Shown: positions 54,320 through 64,000 of the stretch, one piece after another
How the letters are laid out: every line of letters starts with the position of its first letter
Numbering within the stretch: position 1 is the stretch's first letter
Source of the DNA: Candidatus Enterousia sp.
GTDB taxonomy: Bacteria; Pseudomonadota; Alphaproteobacteria; Rs-D84
Assembly (NCBI GenBank): GCA_045648885.1
Contig: JAZROV010000002.1
Coordinates: 6,343 to 70,342 of the forward strand
Length of the DNA stretch: 64,000 nt
Reading direction: 5' to 3'
Notes under the pieces: generated by a model
What the model was told of the DNA's origin: nothing
Seen by the model: the letters and a program-made list of their open reading frames with translations, nothing else
The model's database searches: none
Program-made: the position numbers and the translations under genes

Positions 54320-54916
54320 ATGAAACAGAAAATTGTATATAAATATGATTTTTCAAATCCATTTCATCAAATGGGTCGGTTTTTAACACTTGAAGAATTA
54401 CAAAATTTTACCCAGGCACAGACTATTTCCGACCAACCACGTCGATTGGAAATTTCCAGCGTGTTGCAGACCATAGATCCATCTCGCAAGGCAAACAAGA
54501 AAAAGATTTTCAGTTTGGGTCATCAAAAAGATCCAACAATTATTGGTGAAACAACACTTGAAACGTTAACTCTTTGGGTTGTTGGTAAATTATTATTTCC
54601 AAAAGATATTCCAGATATTTTAATACAAAAATATGGCAAAACATACGATTTTGGCAAACAGAAATTGGACAAAGATTTGCCAATGCGATCATTTGACAGA
54701 CATAGACATCACAGTATTGGGTTGGTTGACCCTAAAACGGGTCATGGAACAGATATTGGCTGGTACACTATTTACTGTGAACAATTCAAGCACAGCGATA
54801 TTGTTGTAAATAACAGTCTTCATCAAGTATGGAATACCCAGGAAGGTGTATTATTTCCGATCATATTGACTGAATTGTTAAAAAATGATTATGGATTGTC
54901 TGGAATAGAACGGTAA
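54320..54916 (+). CDS. hypothetical protein
   Basis: ATG 7 nt after an AAGAGG SD (the track start 54302 is the alternative), 198 aa. No family recognised. Confidence 0.45.
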   Translation: MKQKIVYKYDFSNPFHQMGRFLTLEELQNFTQAQTISDQPRRLEISSVLQTIDPSRKANKKKIFSLGHQKDPTIIGETTLETLTLWVVGKLLFPKDIPDILIQKYGKTYDFGKQKLDKDLPMRSFDRHRHHSIGLVDPKTGHGTDIGWYTIYCEQFKHSDIVVNNSLHQVWNTQEGVLFPIILTELLKNDYGLSGIER

Positions 54917-54928
54917 AGGGTTTTAATT

Positions 54929-55804
54929 ATGTCATCTATATTTGTTTTCCCAGGCCAAGGTTCACAAAGTGTCGGCATGGGACGCGAACTTTATGAAAAT
55001 AATACTGATGCACGCGCGGTATTTGACGCGGTTGATGATGCGTTGAATGAAAAATTGTCAGACATTATTTTCAATGGCACAATGGAAGATTTAACATTAA
55101 CGCGTAATGTGCAACCTGCAATTATGGCGACATCTATTGCTATGTTGCGCGCATCAAAATTGCCAATTACAAAATATGTGGCTGGACATTCGCTGGGTGA
55201 ATATACTGCGCTTTGTGCGGCGGGTGCATTATCTTTGGCTGATACGGCACGCCTGTTGCGTCTGCGCGGCGATGCGATGCAACGTGCTGTACCCGTGGGA
55301 CAGGGTTTGACCGCGGTTGTTTTAGGATTGGATATAGACACGGTTCGTGATATTTGTGCAAAAACAGATGCAGATGTTGCAAATGATAATTGCCCGGGCC
55401 AGGTTGTAATTTCTGGCGAACGCAGTGCGGTTGAAAGGGCGATTGACATGGCAAAAGATGCGGGCGCGCGGCGCGCTATGCCGTTGGCACTGTCTGTGCC
55501 GGTACATTGTCGTATCCAGCAGGCGGCGGCCGATGAGATGCGTGCTGCTTTGGAAAATACAGAAATCAAAACACCGGTTGCGCCGATTATTTCAAATAAA
55601 ACATGCGCGCCCATATCCGACCCCGATGAAATTCGTGACGCGTTGGTTTATCAAATGACACATGGTGTTCGTTGGCGCGAAAGTGTTTTGGCTATGCGGG
55701 AATTGGGGATAAATGAAACTGTTGAAATTGGCCCAGGCGCGGTATTAACCGGTTTAACAAAACGCATTTGTGATGATATGAACGCAATTAAATTAGAGGT
55801 ATAA
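54929..55804 (+). CDS. fabD: malonyl-CoA:ACP transacylase
   Basis: 291 aa. FVFPGQGSQSVGMG and active-site GHSLGEY. Confidence 0.95.
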   Translation: MSSIFVFPGQGSQSVGMGRELYENNTDARAVFDAVDDALNEKLSDIIFNGTMEDLTLTRNVQPAIMATSIAMLRASKLPITKYVAGHSLGEYTALCAAGALSLADTARLLRLRGDAMQRAVPVGQGLTAVVLGLDIDTVRDICAKTDADVANDNCPGQVVISGERSAVERAIDMAKDAGARRAMPLALSVPVHCRIQQAAADEMRAALENTEIKTPVAPIISNKTCAPISDPDEIRDALVYQMTHGVRWRESVLAMRELGINETVEIGPGAVLTGLTKRICDDMNAIKLEV

Positions 55805-55807
55805 ACG

Positions 55808-56233
55808 ATGAAAGATATTGTTCTTGAATTGGGTTCTGGTATCGACATCAAAGAAGCAGCAGATTTAGCTGTAAAACTGGCCCAGAAAAGAAAAACTGAA
55901 ATAACGCTTGTTTATAACAAGATAAAAATTAATGTATCGCCAGATACTGCGCCGCAATATATAGTCAATACTTTCTTTGCTTCTGCGGCATCTCAAGCAG
56001 ACCTGGCAATCCAGCAACCACAAAATAAAATTTGTTATAAACCCCATCATGGGTATGTCAACGATCATATTAAATATGGGCTTTGGCTGGCGCGAAAATA
56101 TAAAAAGCCAGTTGTATTACAATACGCTAAAAAGAACATGATTCTGACGCCGGGTGATGGATATCTTCTGAATAATGCGTGGTTGTTATTGCGGTTGACA
56201 AATCTGGCAACGCAATGTGAATATGGCGATTAA
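55808..56233 (+). CDS. hypothetical protein inserted between fabD and fabG
   Basis: 141-aa ORF starting 3 nt after the fabD stop. It is not ACP (no DSL(D/E) motif). No family recognised. Confidence 0.45.
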   Translation: MKDIVLELGSGIDIKEAADLAVKLAQKRKTEITLVYNKIKINVSPDTAPQYIVNTFFASAASQADLAIQQPQNKICYKPHHGYVNDHIKYGLWLARKYKKPVVLQYAKKNMILTPGDGYLLNNAWLLLRLTNLATQCEYGD

Positions 56234-56247
56234 AAAAGGATATAAAT

Positions 56248-56976
56248 ATGTTCGATTTAACAAATAAAGTTGTTTTAATAACTGGCGCGACCGGCGGAAT
56301 TGGTGGTGCAATTGCCAAACAGATGAAATTGGCCGGTGCAACCGTGGTTGTGACGGGGCGCAGCATGGATAAATTAAACGAATCTTTTAATGATGATTTT
56401 ATAAAAATCGCAACCGATTTATCAAATGATGGGGCATCTGAAAAATTGATTGCTGACACGATTGAACGCGCGGGGCGTATTGATGTTCTGATAAATAATG
56501 CAGGTATCACATCTGACACTCTTTTGATGCGTATGAGCGACGAACAATTTGATAATGTCATGAACACAAATTTGCGTTCAACATTTAAATTATGCCGGGC
56601 AGCCATTATGCCTATGATGAAACAAAGATTTGGGCGCATTATAAATATGGCGTCAATTGTTGGTGTTGTCGGCGGCCCGGGCCAGGCGAATTATGCTGCA
56701 TCAAAGGGCGGAATGATTGCGATGACTAAATCAATTGCCGCAGAAGTCGCATCGCGTGGTATCACTGCGAATTGTGTTGCGCCAGGTTTTATAAAAACAC
56801 CAATGACCGATGTTTTAAGCGACGAATTAAAGAAAACATATTTATCGCAAATTCCTGCGGGACGTTTCGGTGAACCGATTGACATTGCAAACGCATGCGT
56901 ATTTTTAGCATCCGATGAAGCGTCATATATCAACGGACAAACAATTCATGTAAACGGCGGAATGGGTCGATTCTAA
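56248..56976 (+). CDS. fabG: 3-oxoacyl-ACP reductase
   Basis: 242 aa. [16 protein letters not shown], and YAASKGG catalytic Tyr-Lys. Confidence 0.93.
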   Translation: MFDLTNKVVLITGATGGIGGAIAKQMKLAGATVVVTGRSMDKLNESFNDDFIKIATDLSNDGASEKLIADTIERAGRIDVLINNAGITSDTLLMRMSDEQFDNVMNTNLRSTFKLCRAAIMPMMKQRFGRIINMASIVGVVGGPGQANYAASKGGMIAMTKSIAAEVASRGITANCVAPGFIKTPMTDVLSDELKKTYLSQIPAGRFGEPIDIANACVFLASDEASYINGQTIHVNGGMGRF

Positions 56977-56980
56977 AAAA

Positions 56981-58633
56981 ATGACTGAATTTGATGTGAT
57001 TGTTATTGGTGGTGGACATGCCGGCGTCGAAGCAGCGGCGGCATCTGCACGCCGTGGTGCAAAAACACTTTTGTTGACTATGCGCGAATCTGACATTGGC
57101 GCGATGTCTTGCAATCCGTCAATTGGTGGGCCGGGAAAATCACAAATGGTGGCGGAAATGGCCGCCATGGGCGGTGTTATGCCACGCGCTGCAGATTCGT
57201 CTGGAATTCATTGGCGAACATTAAATGCGTCGCATGGCGCGGCGACCCAGGCACTGCGCGCACAAATCGACAGAAATTTTTATCATGACGCAGTAATGAA
57301 AATTTTGAAAAACACAGACAATTTAACCGTCATTTTTGAAAAAGTTTTTGATTTAGATTTAAACACAAAATGCGTAAATCAAAAATATTGTTGTAAATCG
57401 TTGGTGCTGACAACCGGGACTTTCCTTGGTGGGTTGGTGACGCGCGGAAATGAAAAAATTGCGTCTGGGCGTTTGATGGATAATGGCGAATACCAAGAAA
57501 ACGATTCATACATTTCAAAAATTTTGATTGATGCAGGTTTTGATTTATTGCGTTTGAAAACAGGGACACCTGCGCGCATTTATCGCGACAGTATTGATTT
57601 TGATGTATGTGAAGAACAACCCGGCGACATGCCACACGACTGGTTTTGTGTTGGGGACGACAAAAACACATATAATGATAAATGCTTTATAACCCATACG
57701 ACCGAAAAAACGCATGAAATAATTCGACAGAATATAAAAGACGCACCAATGTATAACGGTGATATTCGGGGAACCGGGCCACGGTATTGCCCATCAATCG
57801 AAGATAAAGTTATGCGTTTTCCTGAACACACTTCGCATCATGTGTTTTTAGAACCTGAATCTTTGAACAGTGATTTAATCTATCCAAACGGCATTTCAAC
57901 CAGTTTTGGCCATGATATCCAAGATAAATGGATACGCACGATTCCAGGCCTTCAAAACGCCCGCATAGCGCGATATGGATACGCAATTGAATATGACGCA
58001 ATCGACGCGCGCAAATTAAAAACTACACTTGAAGCAAAAGACATCCCGGGTCTGTTTTTTGCAGGTCAAATCAATGGTACATCGGGATATGAAGAAGCCG
58101 CGTCTCAAGGTTTAATCGCAGGCGCAAATGCGGCCGCACACGCATTGAATATTGCACCATTGTTGTTAAATCGAACAAATTCTATGATTGGTGTTTTGAT
58201 TGACGATATTACCGCATTGGGTGTTGACGAACCGTATCGTATGTTCACTTCGCGCGCCGAATATCGGTTAAATTTACGTGCAGATAATGCAGTATTCAGA
58301 TTGGGATATGCGGCGGAATCTTTGGGTTTAATCGATTTAGATACATTTGAAAAAATTAAAAATATGCGTGAATCAACAGCGATTGAAAACGACAAATTTT
58401 ATGCAGGCTATATTGCACGCAACGAACGCGAAATTGAAAATTACAAGAAAGACGCAGAATTAAAAATACCACAAAATTTTGATTATAAATCAATGCCGGG
58501 TTTAACAAATGAATTGATTGAAAAACTGACCAAAACACGTCCTGAAAACATCGCAGCATTATCGCGAATCCCAGGCATGACCCCGGCGGGCATAATTGTA
58601 ATAATGCGCAAAATAAAATGTGGAAATAAATAA
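56981..58633 (+). CDS. mnmG: tRNA uridine-5-carboxymethylaminomethyl modification enzyme MnmG (GidA), compact form
   Basis: 550 aa. FAD motif [39 protein letters not shown]. Shorter than the roughly 620-aa E. coli protein as I recall it, but both termini look native. Confidence 0.88.
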   Translation: MTEFDVIVIGGGHAGVEAAAASARRGAKTLLLTMRESDIGAMSCNPSIGGPGKSQMVAEMAAMGGVMPRAADSSGIHWRTLNASHGAATQALRAQIDRNFYHDAVMKILKNTDNLTVIFEKVFDLDLNTKCVNQKYCCKSLVLTTGTFLGGLVTRGNEKIASGRLMDNGEYQENDSYISKILIDAGFDLLRLKTGTPARIYRDSIDFDVCEEQPGDMPHDWFCVGDDKNTYNDKCFITHTTEKTHEIIRQNIKDAPMYNGDIRGTGPRYCPSIEDKVMRFPEHTSHHVFLEPESLNSDLIYPNGISTSFGHDIQDKWIRTIPGLQNARIARYGYAIEYDAIDARKLKTTLEAKDIPGLFFAGQINGTSGYEEAASQGLIAGANAAAHALNIAPLLLNRTNSMIGVLIDDITALGVDEPYRMFTSRAEYRLNLRADNAVFRLGYAAESLGLIDLDTFEKIKNMRESTAIENDKFYAGYIARNEREIENYKKDAELKIPQNFDYKSMPGLTNELIEKLTKTRPENIAALSRIPGMTPAGIIVIMRKIKCGNK

Positions 58634-58661
58634 AAATCTATATTATTATACGGCCATGAAT

Positions 58662-58737
58662 GCCGGTTTAGCTCAGCTGGTAGAGCATCTCATTCGTAAT
58701 GAGGGGGTCGTAGGTTCAAGTCCTATAACCGGCACCA
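58662..58737 (+). tRNA. tRNA-Thr (anticodon CGT)
   Basis: 76 nt folded by hand: acceptor GCCGGTT/AACCGGC, anticodon loop TTCGTAA, T arm GTAGG-TTCAAGT-CCTAT, encoded CCA. Confidence 0.9.
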
Positions 58738-58800
58738 CGAAAAATTGTTAGCTCGTGCTTTTTTTGTACGGGCTTAAATTTTTTTTAGTGGTATGGTGAT

Positions 58801-59472
58801 TTAACGTTTATCCGCTGCATTGCACCATTTGGCAACAGGGCAAATGGCACAATTCGGACGCAGCGCTTTGCAGGTATAACGCCCGTGCAGCACCATTACA
58901 TGATTTGTAATTGCATGGTATTTTTGCGGAATTATTTTTAATAATTTTTCTTCAACCCGTTCGGGGGTATTATCACGGTCATCACACCAACCAAATCGAT
59001 GCGACAGACGAAAAACGTGCGTATCGACGCCTATGTTCGGTGCATCCCAAAGAACGTTCATTATTACATTTGCGGTTTTTTGACCCACGCCCGGCAATTT
59101 CATCAATTCATTGCGATTATGATATTTGATGGGGAATTTATAGTTTATATCATCGCCATTTTCATCACATAACTGTTGTGCCAGTCCGATAATCGATTTC
59201 GCTTTGTTATTAAAAAAAGATATTACTTTGATTTTTTCTTTTAAACCGTCTAATCCCAATGCCAACATTTTGCGTGGCGTTGGTGCAACGCGGAATAATT
59301 CAGGTGTGATTTCATTGACTTTTTTGTCTGTGGCCTGGGCCGACAAAATTACAGCGACCGCGAAAGTAAATTCATTTGTCGAATATAATTCAGACCGGAT
59401 ATTCATATTCAATGTTTTTGGAACATTTTCAAAATAAATATCCGGTGTAAGAGTTATTTTTTGTTTATGCAT
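58801..59472 (-). CDS. nth: endonuclease III
   Basis: Start moved to the ATG overlapping the ileS stop (ATGCATAA), 223 aa. HhH motif LMKLPGVGQKTANVIM and 4Fe-4S motif CKALRPNCAICPVAKWC. Confidence 0.9.
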   Translation of the reverse strand: MHKQKITLTPDIYFENVPKTLNMNIRSELYSTNEFTFAVAVILSAQATDKKVNEITPELFRVAPTPRKMLALGLDGLKEKIKVISFFNNKAKSIIGLAQQLCDENGDDINYKFPIKYHNRNELMKLPGVGQKTANVIMNVLWDAPNIGVDTHVFRLSHRFGWCDDRDNTPERVEEKLLKIIPQKYHAITNHVMVLHGRYTCKALRPNCAICPVAKWCNAADKR

Positions 59473-62400
59473 TTGCTTTTTCAATATTGATTGCAATGTC
59501 ATATTCTTCGATTCTGTCACGATATTGATTTGCTTCGCCAAAGTTCATTTCAACGATTAAAGCATCATGCATAATACGTTTTTTATGTGCTTCTATCGCG
59601 CGTTGCAGGGCGGAATCTGCCGCACAGGTCAATTTTATTCTGTCCGACACATCCAGGTTCGCCGCTTTGCGTGAATCTTGGATAAAGCGCAGTGCATCAT
59701 TAACAAGACCTTCGGCAAATAATTCTGAATCAACATTCGTATTCAAAATTACCACCGCAGTATTGTCTGGTAATGTTGCGCCTGCGACACCGTCTTTCAT
59801 TGTTAAACGGTTTTCAAATTCATCTGAATTTAATTCATAATCGCCAACAATCAATTTGTCGTTTTCGATTTTATAATCGCCGCGTTTCACCATCGGGATA
59901 ATTTCTTTCAATGCACCACCCAAACGCGCGCCGATTTTTGGTGTGATTAAATACACGAACGAATCTGCAACTTCATTTATATTTTCAATAAATTTGACCG
60001 CTTTTACATTTAATTCGTCGCGGATAATATCGCCATATTCACGCATATCGATACCTGCGATTGTGACATCCGCCAGCGGCAGACGATTACGCAATTTATA
60101 TTGTTCACGCAATTGTTTACCCGTTGATACTATCATTTGGACACGACGCATATCGTTAACGATTTTTTCATCCACTTCGCCGCAAATTGGCCAATCTTCC
60201 AAATGCACAGATTCATGGCCTGTTAAATTTTTGAATATATATTCAGAAACAAACGGTGCAAATGGCGCCAAACATTTACAAAATGTAGTTAAAACATAGT
60301 GCAATGTTTCAAATGCGTTTTCGTCTTCGTCCCAGAAACGGGCGCGATTACGACGAATATACCAATTGTTAAGGATATCCAAAAATCTGACAAATTCTTT
60401 GATTGCAACATCTGGTTTATATTCGTCCAGTGCAGATGTAGTCGTTTTTACCAAATAATTCAATTCAGATACAATGTATTTATCCAACGCATTGGATAAA
60501 TTAGGTTCGCGCGATACAGTGATGTTTCCTGCATTCGCGTAAAGCGTAAAGAAATGATACGCATTCCAAAGCGGTGTTAAAATCGTTTTAATTGTATCAT
60601 TGAAAACAACACCTTCTTTGTCGACACCGACAGATTCAGCCTTCATAAAATTGCTGCCTTGGATAAACAGACGTATTGCGTCTGCACCGTATGATTCTAA
60701 TTGTTCCGACGGATCAACATAATTGTGCAAAGATTTTGAAAACTTACGCTTTTGTTCATCGCATACCATACCGTTCGCAGATACTACACGAAACGCAGGT
60801 TTATCAAACAACGCAACTGCGATAACCATCAAAGCATAAAACCAACCGCGGGTTTGGTCTTGGCCTTCGATAATATAATCAGCCGGGAAAGTCGCTTCAA
60901 ATTTATCTTTGTTTTCAAACGGGTAATGCAAAGACGCAAACGGCATAGAGCCACTTTCCACCCAGCAATCAAGTACATCAGATATACGATGCCAACCATC
61001 TTTGGTCAAATTATCCAATGTCGGGCGATGTAAATCATCGATTTTTACACCAAAGAAATCTTCCATTTCTTTGATTGAACCAAAGATTTTATATTCACCA
61101 TTCTTTTCCCAAATCGGCAACGGAACGCCCCAGAAACGATTGCGCGAAATACCCCAAGGACGCGCGTTTTCTATCCACGCCATAAAACGATTTCCTGCGG
61201 AAGTCCATGTCGTTTCATTTTTTGTTATTTCAACCAAGCGGTCACGAACTTTTGGAACATCGATATACCATGCATCGGTCGCACGATAAATCAATTTTTC
61301 TTTGCTGCGTGGACCGAACGGATAACTGTGTTTATGTTGGTCTTTTTTAACCAACAAACCATTTGCACGCAAATAGTCTATAATTTTCGGGTTCGCAACA
61401 AAGATGTTTTCGCCCGCCCAATCTTTCACTGTCGAATCAAAATTACCATAATCATCAACATTTAAAATTATCGGGAATTTTGGATCAATTGCTTTCGCGA
61501 CCAGATAGTCGTCTTCACCGTATGCAGGCGCGATATGAACGATACCTGTACCATCACTGTCGCTGACATAATCCCCAGGGATTATTTGATATAACAAATT
61601 ATCCATACCAGCATAATAATCAAACAATGGTTTATAGTGCATACCGACCAATTCACCACCAGTATATTCACCAACACGCTGGGATGTTGCGAATATTTTT
61701 TCATATGCTTTTACGCGGCTTTCAGCCAACACGTACACATGCCCATCATCGTGACGCAGGCGAACATACTTCATTTTCGGGTTCACCGCCAATGCAGAAT
61801 TTGCAGGCAAAGTCCAAGGCGTAGTTGTCCACGCAATTGCGCGATCACCATTTTCAAGTTCAAACCAAACTGTCACAGTATCGTCAACAATGTCTTGGTA
61901 TTCGCTGGACGCTTCGGAATTAGACAGCACTGTCCCCAGTTTCCAATCGAATGGGTTCACTTTGAAATCTTTGTACAATAAACCTTTGTCATATAATTGT
62001 TTCAGACCCCAGATTACAGATTCCATATAATTTTTATCCATGGTGCGATAACCCAGCGTATCACCACCGTCAACCCAACGACCAATTCTTTCAATAAAAC
62101 GCAACCATTCATTGGTATATGTCAAAACATCGTCCCTGCACATGTCACAGAATGCAGACATACCATCTGATTCGACAATAGATTTCGCTGTCCGTCCCTG
62201 TTTTTTTTCAACAGACGCTTCCGCAGGAAGCCCGTGACAATCCCAGCCCAATTCGCGTTCTACATGCGCCCCACGCATAGTCTGATAACGCGAAACCATG
62301 TCTTTAATCGCAGACACACCCAAATGGCCCCAATGTGGCAAACCATTCCCAAATGGTGGACCGTCATAAAAACTGAACGGATGACCCATTTTGGTTTTAT

Positions 62401-62500
62401 TCAAAGATTTATGGAACGTGTCGTCACTGCGCCAAAATTCCAATATTTCATTTTCCAGTTTTGAAAAATTCGCTTTTGGTTCTGTTTTTGGATATGCCAT
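59465..62500 (-). CDS. ileS: isoleucyl-tRNA synthetase (type 2)
   Basis: 1011 aa. HIGH variant GLPHWGHL and KMSKS variant KFSKS. Type-2-like C-terminal region. Confidence 0.95.
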   Translation of the reverse strand: MAYPKTEPKANFSKLENEILEFWRSDDTFHKSLNKTKMGHPFSFYDGPPFGNGLPHWGHLGVSAIKDMVSRYQTMRGAHVERELGWDCHGLPAEASVEKKQGRTAKSIVESDGMSAFCDMCRDDVLTYTNEWLRFIERIGRWVDGGDTLGYRTMDKNYMESVIWGLKQLYDKGLLYKDFKVNPFDWKLGTVLSNSEASSEYQDIVDDTVTVWFELENGDRAIAWTTTPWTLPANSALAVNPKMKYVRLRHDDGHVYVLAESRVKAYEKIFATSQRVGEYTGGELVGMHYKPLFDYYAGMDNLLYQIIPGDYVSDSDGTGIVHIAPAYGEDDYLVAKAIDPKFPIILNVDDYGNFDSTVKDWAGENIFVANPKIIDYLRANGLLVKKDQHKHSYPFGPRSKEKLIYRATDAWYIDVPKVRDRLVEITKNETTWTSAGNRFMAWIENARPWGISRNRFWGVPLPIWEKNGEYKIFGSIKEMEDFFGVKIDDLHRPTLDNLTKDGWHRISDVLDCWVESGSMPFASLHYPFENKDKFEATFPADYIIEGQDQTRGWFYALMVIAVALFDKPAFRVVSANGMVCDEQKRKFSKSLHNYVDPSEQLESYGADAIRLFIQGSNFMKAESVGVDKEGVVFNDTIKTILTPLWNAYHFFTLYANAGNITVSREPNLSNALDKYIVSELNYLVKTTTSALDEYKPDVAIKEFVRFLDILNNWYIRRNRARFWDEDENAFETLHYVLTTFCKCLAPFAPFVSEYIFKNLTGHESVHLEDWPICGEVDEKIVNDMRRVQMIVSTGKQLREQYKLRNRLPLADVTIAGIDMREYGDIIRDELNVKAVKFIENINEVADSFVYLITPKIGARLGGALKEIIPMVKRGDYKIENDKLIVGDYELNSDEFENRLTMKDGVAGATLPDNTAVVILNTNVDSELFAEGLVNDALRFIQDSRKAANLDVSDRIKLTCAADSALQRAIEAHKKRIMHDALIVEMNFGEANQYRDRIEEYDIAINIEKANA

Positions 62501-62530
62501 TGTTTTCTTTACCTTTTGTTTATTGCATTG

Positions 62531-62553
62531 AAAAAGGGCGCTTTATGCGCCCC
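62531..62553 (-). terminator. rho-independent terminator after pheT
   Basis: Minus strand GGGCGC-ataaa-GCGCCC followed by TTTTT. Lies about 30 nt upstream of the ileS ATG. Confidence 0.6.
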
Positions 62554-62664
62554 AGCCACCGCCAAAGCGCAGTGCCTTTTATTCAATAATAATTATTGTT
62601 TTTGTTGTCATGCGTTTATTTATACAACGTTCTTGATGAAAAATCAAGTTGCGATTGCACTTTT

Positions 62665-64000
62665 TTATGCGCGCAATTTTGCCCCGCATTTAGTTTCAAC
62701 ATTTACAATAACTGCATTTTGTATTTTCAACAAATCTTCATCCGTCATATTTGTTTCAGGATAAACAGTTATTGTGAAAGCAATCGATTTTTTGCCGTCT
62801 GCCATTTCAAAAGAATCAAATATAACCGCATTTGCAATTCGCGCATCACTGGCCAATGCGGTTGCGATTATTTTTCCTGATTCATAGTTTGAATCGACTA
62901 CGAAAGCAAAATCACGTGTGATTGGCATAAAATCTGTCATCGGTATTTTTTTGTATTTAATCCGTTGTGGCAACAAAGAAACATCTTCGACAATTGCAAC
63001 CATCACAGGCGTTTTTATGTGCAACTGTTTTGCGACCGATGGATGTAATTCACCAAATTGCGCCAATACACGTGGCCCCTGGGTAATTGCACCATATCTG
63101 TACGGATGTGCCCAACGCGGTGCATTTTTTGTATCTATGGTGAATTTTTGCGCCCCCAGCAAAGACAAAACATCCGCTTTAACATCAAAGACATCAACAT
63201 TGCGATTGCGTTTCTGCCAATGTTTTGGGGATGTTGTTCCGGTGCGCACTATACAAACACTGGTATGTTGCGCCCCTGGCGTGTCGCCGTCAAACACAGT
63301 TCCCATTTCGAACAAATTCAAATCTGAGTATCCGCGTTTTTCATTATTCGCAACTGCAAGCAACAAATTTTCCAACAAATTATTGCGCGCAGTATTTAAA
63401 TCAACAGTTATCGGATTTGCAATACGAACGATTGGTTTGTCGGTCAACATTTCTTCAATTTTTGAATTACCAAAACCAAAAGAAATGTTTTCGTTCAATC
63501 CTAATGCGGCCAAATGTTTTTTTATTCCCATGCACGATTTGCTTTCGATTTTATCAAAAACATTCGTGCCGCAGTTTTTTGGCGCCCCAGCCAATCCGAT
63601 TTTTTCGTATCCATAAATACGAATCAATTCAGATACTATATTTTCAGGAATTACAACATCAACACGTTGTGGGTTTGGTGTAATTATCCAATTACCGTTT
63701 TTATCATCAACAATTTTGAACTGTAATTTATTCAAAATATCGCGTTGAGTTTTTTCATCTAAATTGACACCTGTTTTCTTTTCGAAATATGACGGGGTGT
63801 ACACGACAGATTCCGGCGTATAGGATGCACGACCTGCAACCGATACATTTACAATTTCACCACCACACGCATCTGTAATTATTTTGGCAGCATACGCCAA
63901 AGCGCGCGCTGTGCCGTCTGGGTTTATTCCGCGTTCATAACGGTACGAAGAATCGGTTGATATACCATGTCTTTTTGACGATTTGCGAACCGACACAGGA
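62665..64000 (-). CDS. pheT: phenylalanyl-tRNA synthetase beta subunit, C-terminal part (5' end beyond window)
   Basis: The frame stays open to the right edge. STDSSYRYERGINP (B5 region), catalytic-like core and C-terminal ferredoxin-fold domain (IAFTITVYPE..). Confidence 0.9.
   Translation of the reverse strand, partial: PVSVRKSSKRHGISTDSSYRYERGINPDGTARALAYAAKIITDACGGEIVNVSVAGRASYTPESVVYTPSYFEKKTGVNLDEKTQRDILNKLQFKIVDDKNGNWIITPNPQRVDVVIPENIVSELIRIYGYEKIGLAGAPKNCGTNVFDKIESKSCMGIKKHLAALGLNENISFGFGNSKIEEMLTDKPIVRIANPITVDLNTARNNLLENLLLAVANNEKRGYSDLNLFEMGTVFDGDTPGAQHTSVCIVRTGTTSPKHWQKRNRNVDVFDVKADVLSLLGAQKFTIDTKNAPRWAHPYRYGAITQGPRVLAQFGELHPSVAKQLHIKTPVMVAIVEDVSLLPQRIKYKKIPMTDFMPITRDFAFVVDSNYESGKIIATALASDARIANAVIFDSFEMADGKKSIAFTITVYPETNMTDEDLLKIQNAVIVNVETKCGAKLRA

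Noticed and set aside
54991-55614. 207-aa antisense ORF inside fabD. Similar long shadow ORFs: 62918..63616 in pheT, 44866..45546 in accC/accB, 56127..56639 in fabG, 12082..12522 in infB, 4652..5101 and 5126..5506 in the pilin-like genes, 33601..33999 opposite xseB
   Set aside because: In each case the opposite strand encodes a protein with unmistakable conserved motifs or family features. The shadow ORFs are low-complexity (Ala/Ser/Arg/Ile-rich) and have no SD.
56981-58633. Frameshift or truncation in mnmG, which at 550 aa is shorter than the roughly 620-aa E. coli protein as I recall it
   Set aside because: Both termini carry the expected motifs (N-terminal FAD GGGHAG, C-terminal ..[12 protein letters not shown]..). 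The ORF is continuous, so the shorter length looks like internal compaction rather than disruption.
59465-59472. Identical ATGCATAA start/stop overlap at both ileS/nth and recF/sspB (43335..43342), considered as a shared regulatory motif
   Set aside because: It is an 8-nt coincidence that follows from the overlapping ..GCA TAA and ATG CAT AAA codons. The flanking sequences are unrelated.
62531-62553. Attenuator upstream of ileS analogous to the metG leader
   Set aside because: The hairpin is adequately explained as the pheT terminator. I found no competing alternative pairing, so there is no evidence for regulation beyond partial readthrough.

Overview
AT-rich, gene-dense chromosomal window of about 60 CDS and 5 tRNA genes. 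I found no rRNA, CRISPR array, transposase or integrase. The gene content points to a Gram-negative bacterium: LptD, an LptF/G permease, Skp, Pal, TolC, a DUF4167-like protein, an SspB whose N-terminal region resembles the alphaproteobacterial type as I recall it, an MJ0042 zinc-ribbon protein and a type-2 IleRS. My guess is a small-genome, possibly host-associated alphaproteobacterium, but this is inference from motifs recognised by eye, since no database search was possible.

Most of the window is housekeeping:
- Replication and repair: dnaX, recF, mutS, nth, xseB, a UDG-like protein, ybaB.
- Translation and RNA: infB, nusA, infC, rpsO, truB, rluD, rlmN, rsmG, mnmG, queH, rnpA, pnp, metG, ileS, pheT.
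- Envelope and lipid: LptF/G-family permease-lptD-surA-like, skp, pal, mreB, accBC, fabD, fabG, gpsA.
- Segregation: parAB with a parS-like site.
- A four-gene TolC / membrane-fusion / ABC (MacAB-like) efflux operon.

The most unusual region is 2296..7207 on the minus strand. It is an operon of three paralogous 440-520-aa proteins that begin with prepilin (class III) signal sequences. It is followed by a zinc-ribbon membrane protein and secreted proteins. A small conventional-looking pilin plus an OmpA-type lipoprotein sit behind dnaX (9276..10387). No type IV filament machinery lies in the window.

Other points:
- Single in-frame stop codons split one pilin paralog (TGA at 6554..6556) and the normally essential nusA (TAA at 14687..14689).
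- The tRNA-Val(TAC) locus carries a duplicated tRNA 3' end and a perfect 78-nt repeat, which looks like an att-type scar or structured RNA.
- A small surface-sugar islet lies between two tRNAs.
- ORFans are translationally coupled to queH, rlmN and fabD/fabG.
- A cysteine-rich repeat protein that is missing from the ORF track runs off the left edge.

Several start codons were moved relative to the ORF track, using ATG/SD positions and conserved N-termini. All product calls rest on motif recognition and need confirmation by search.
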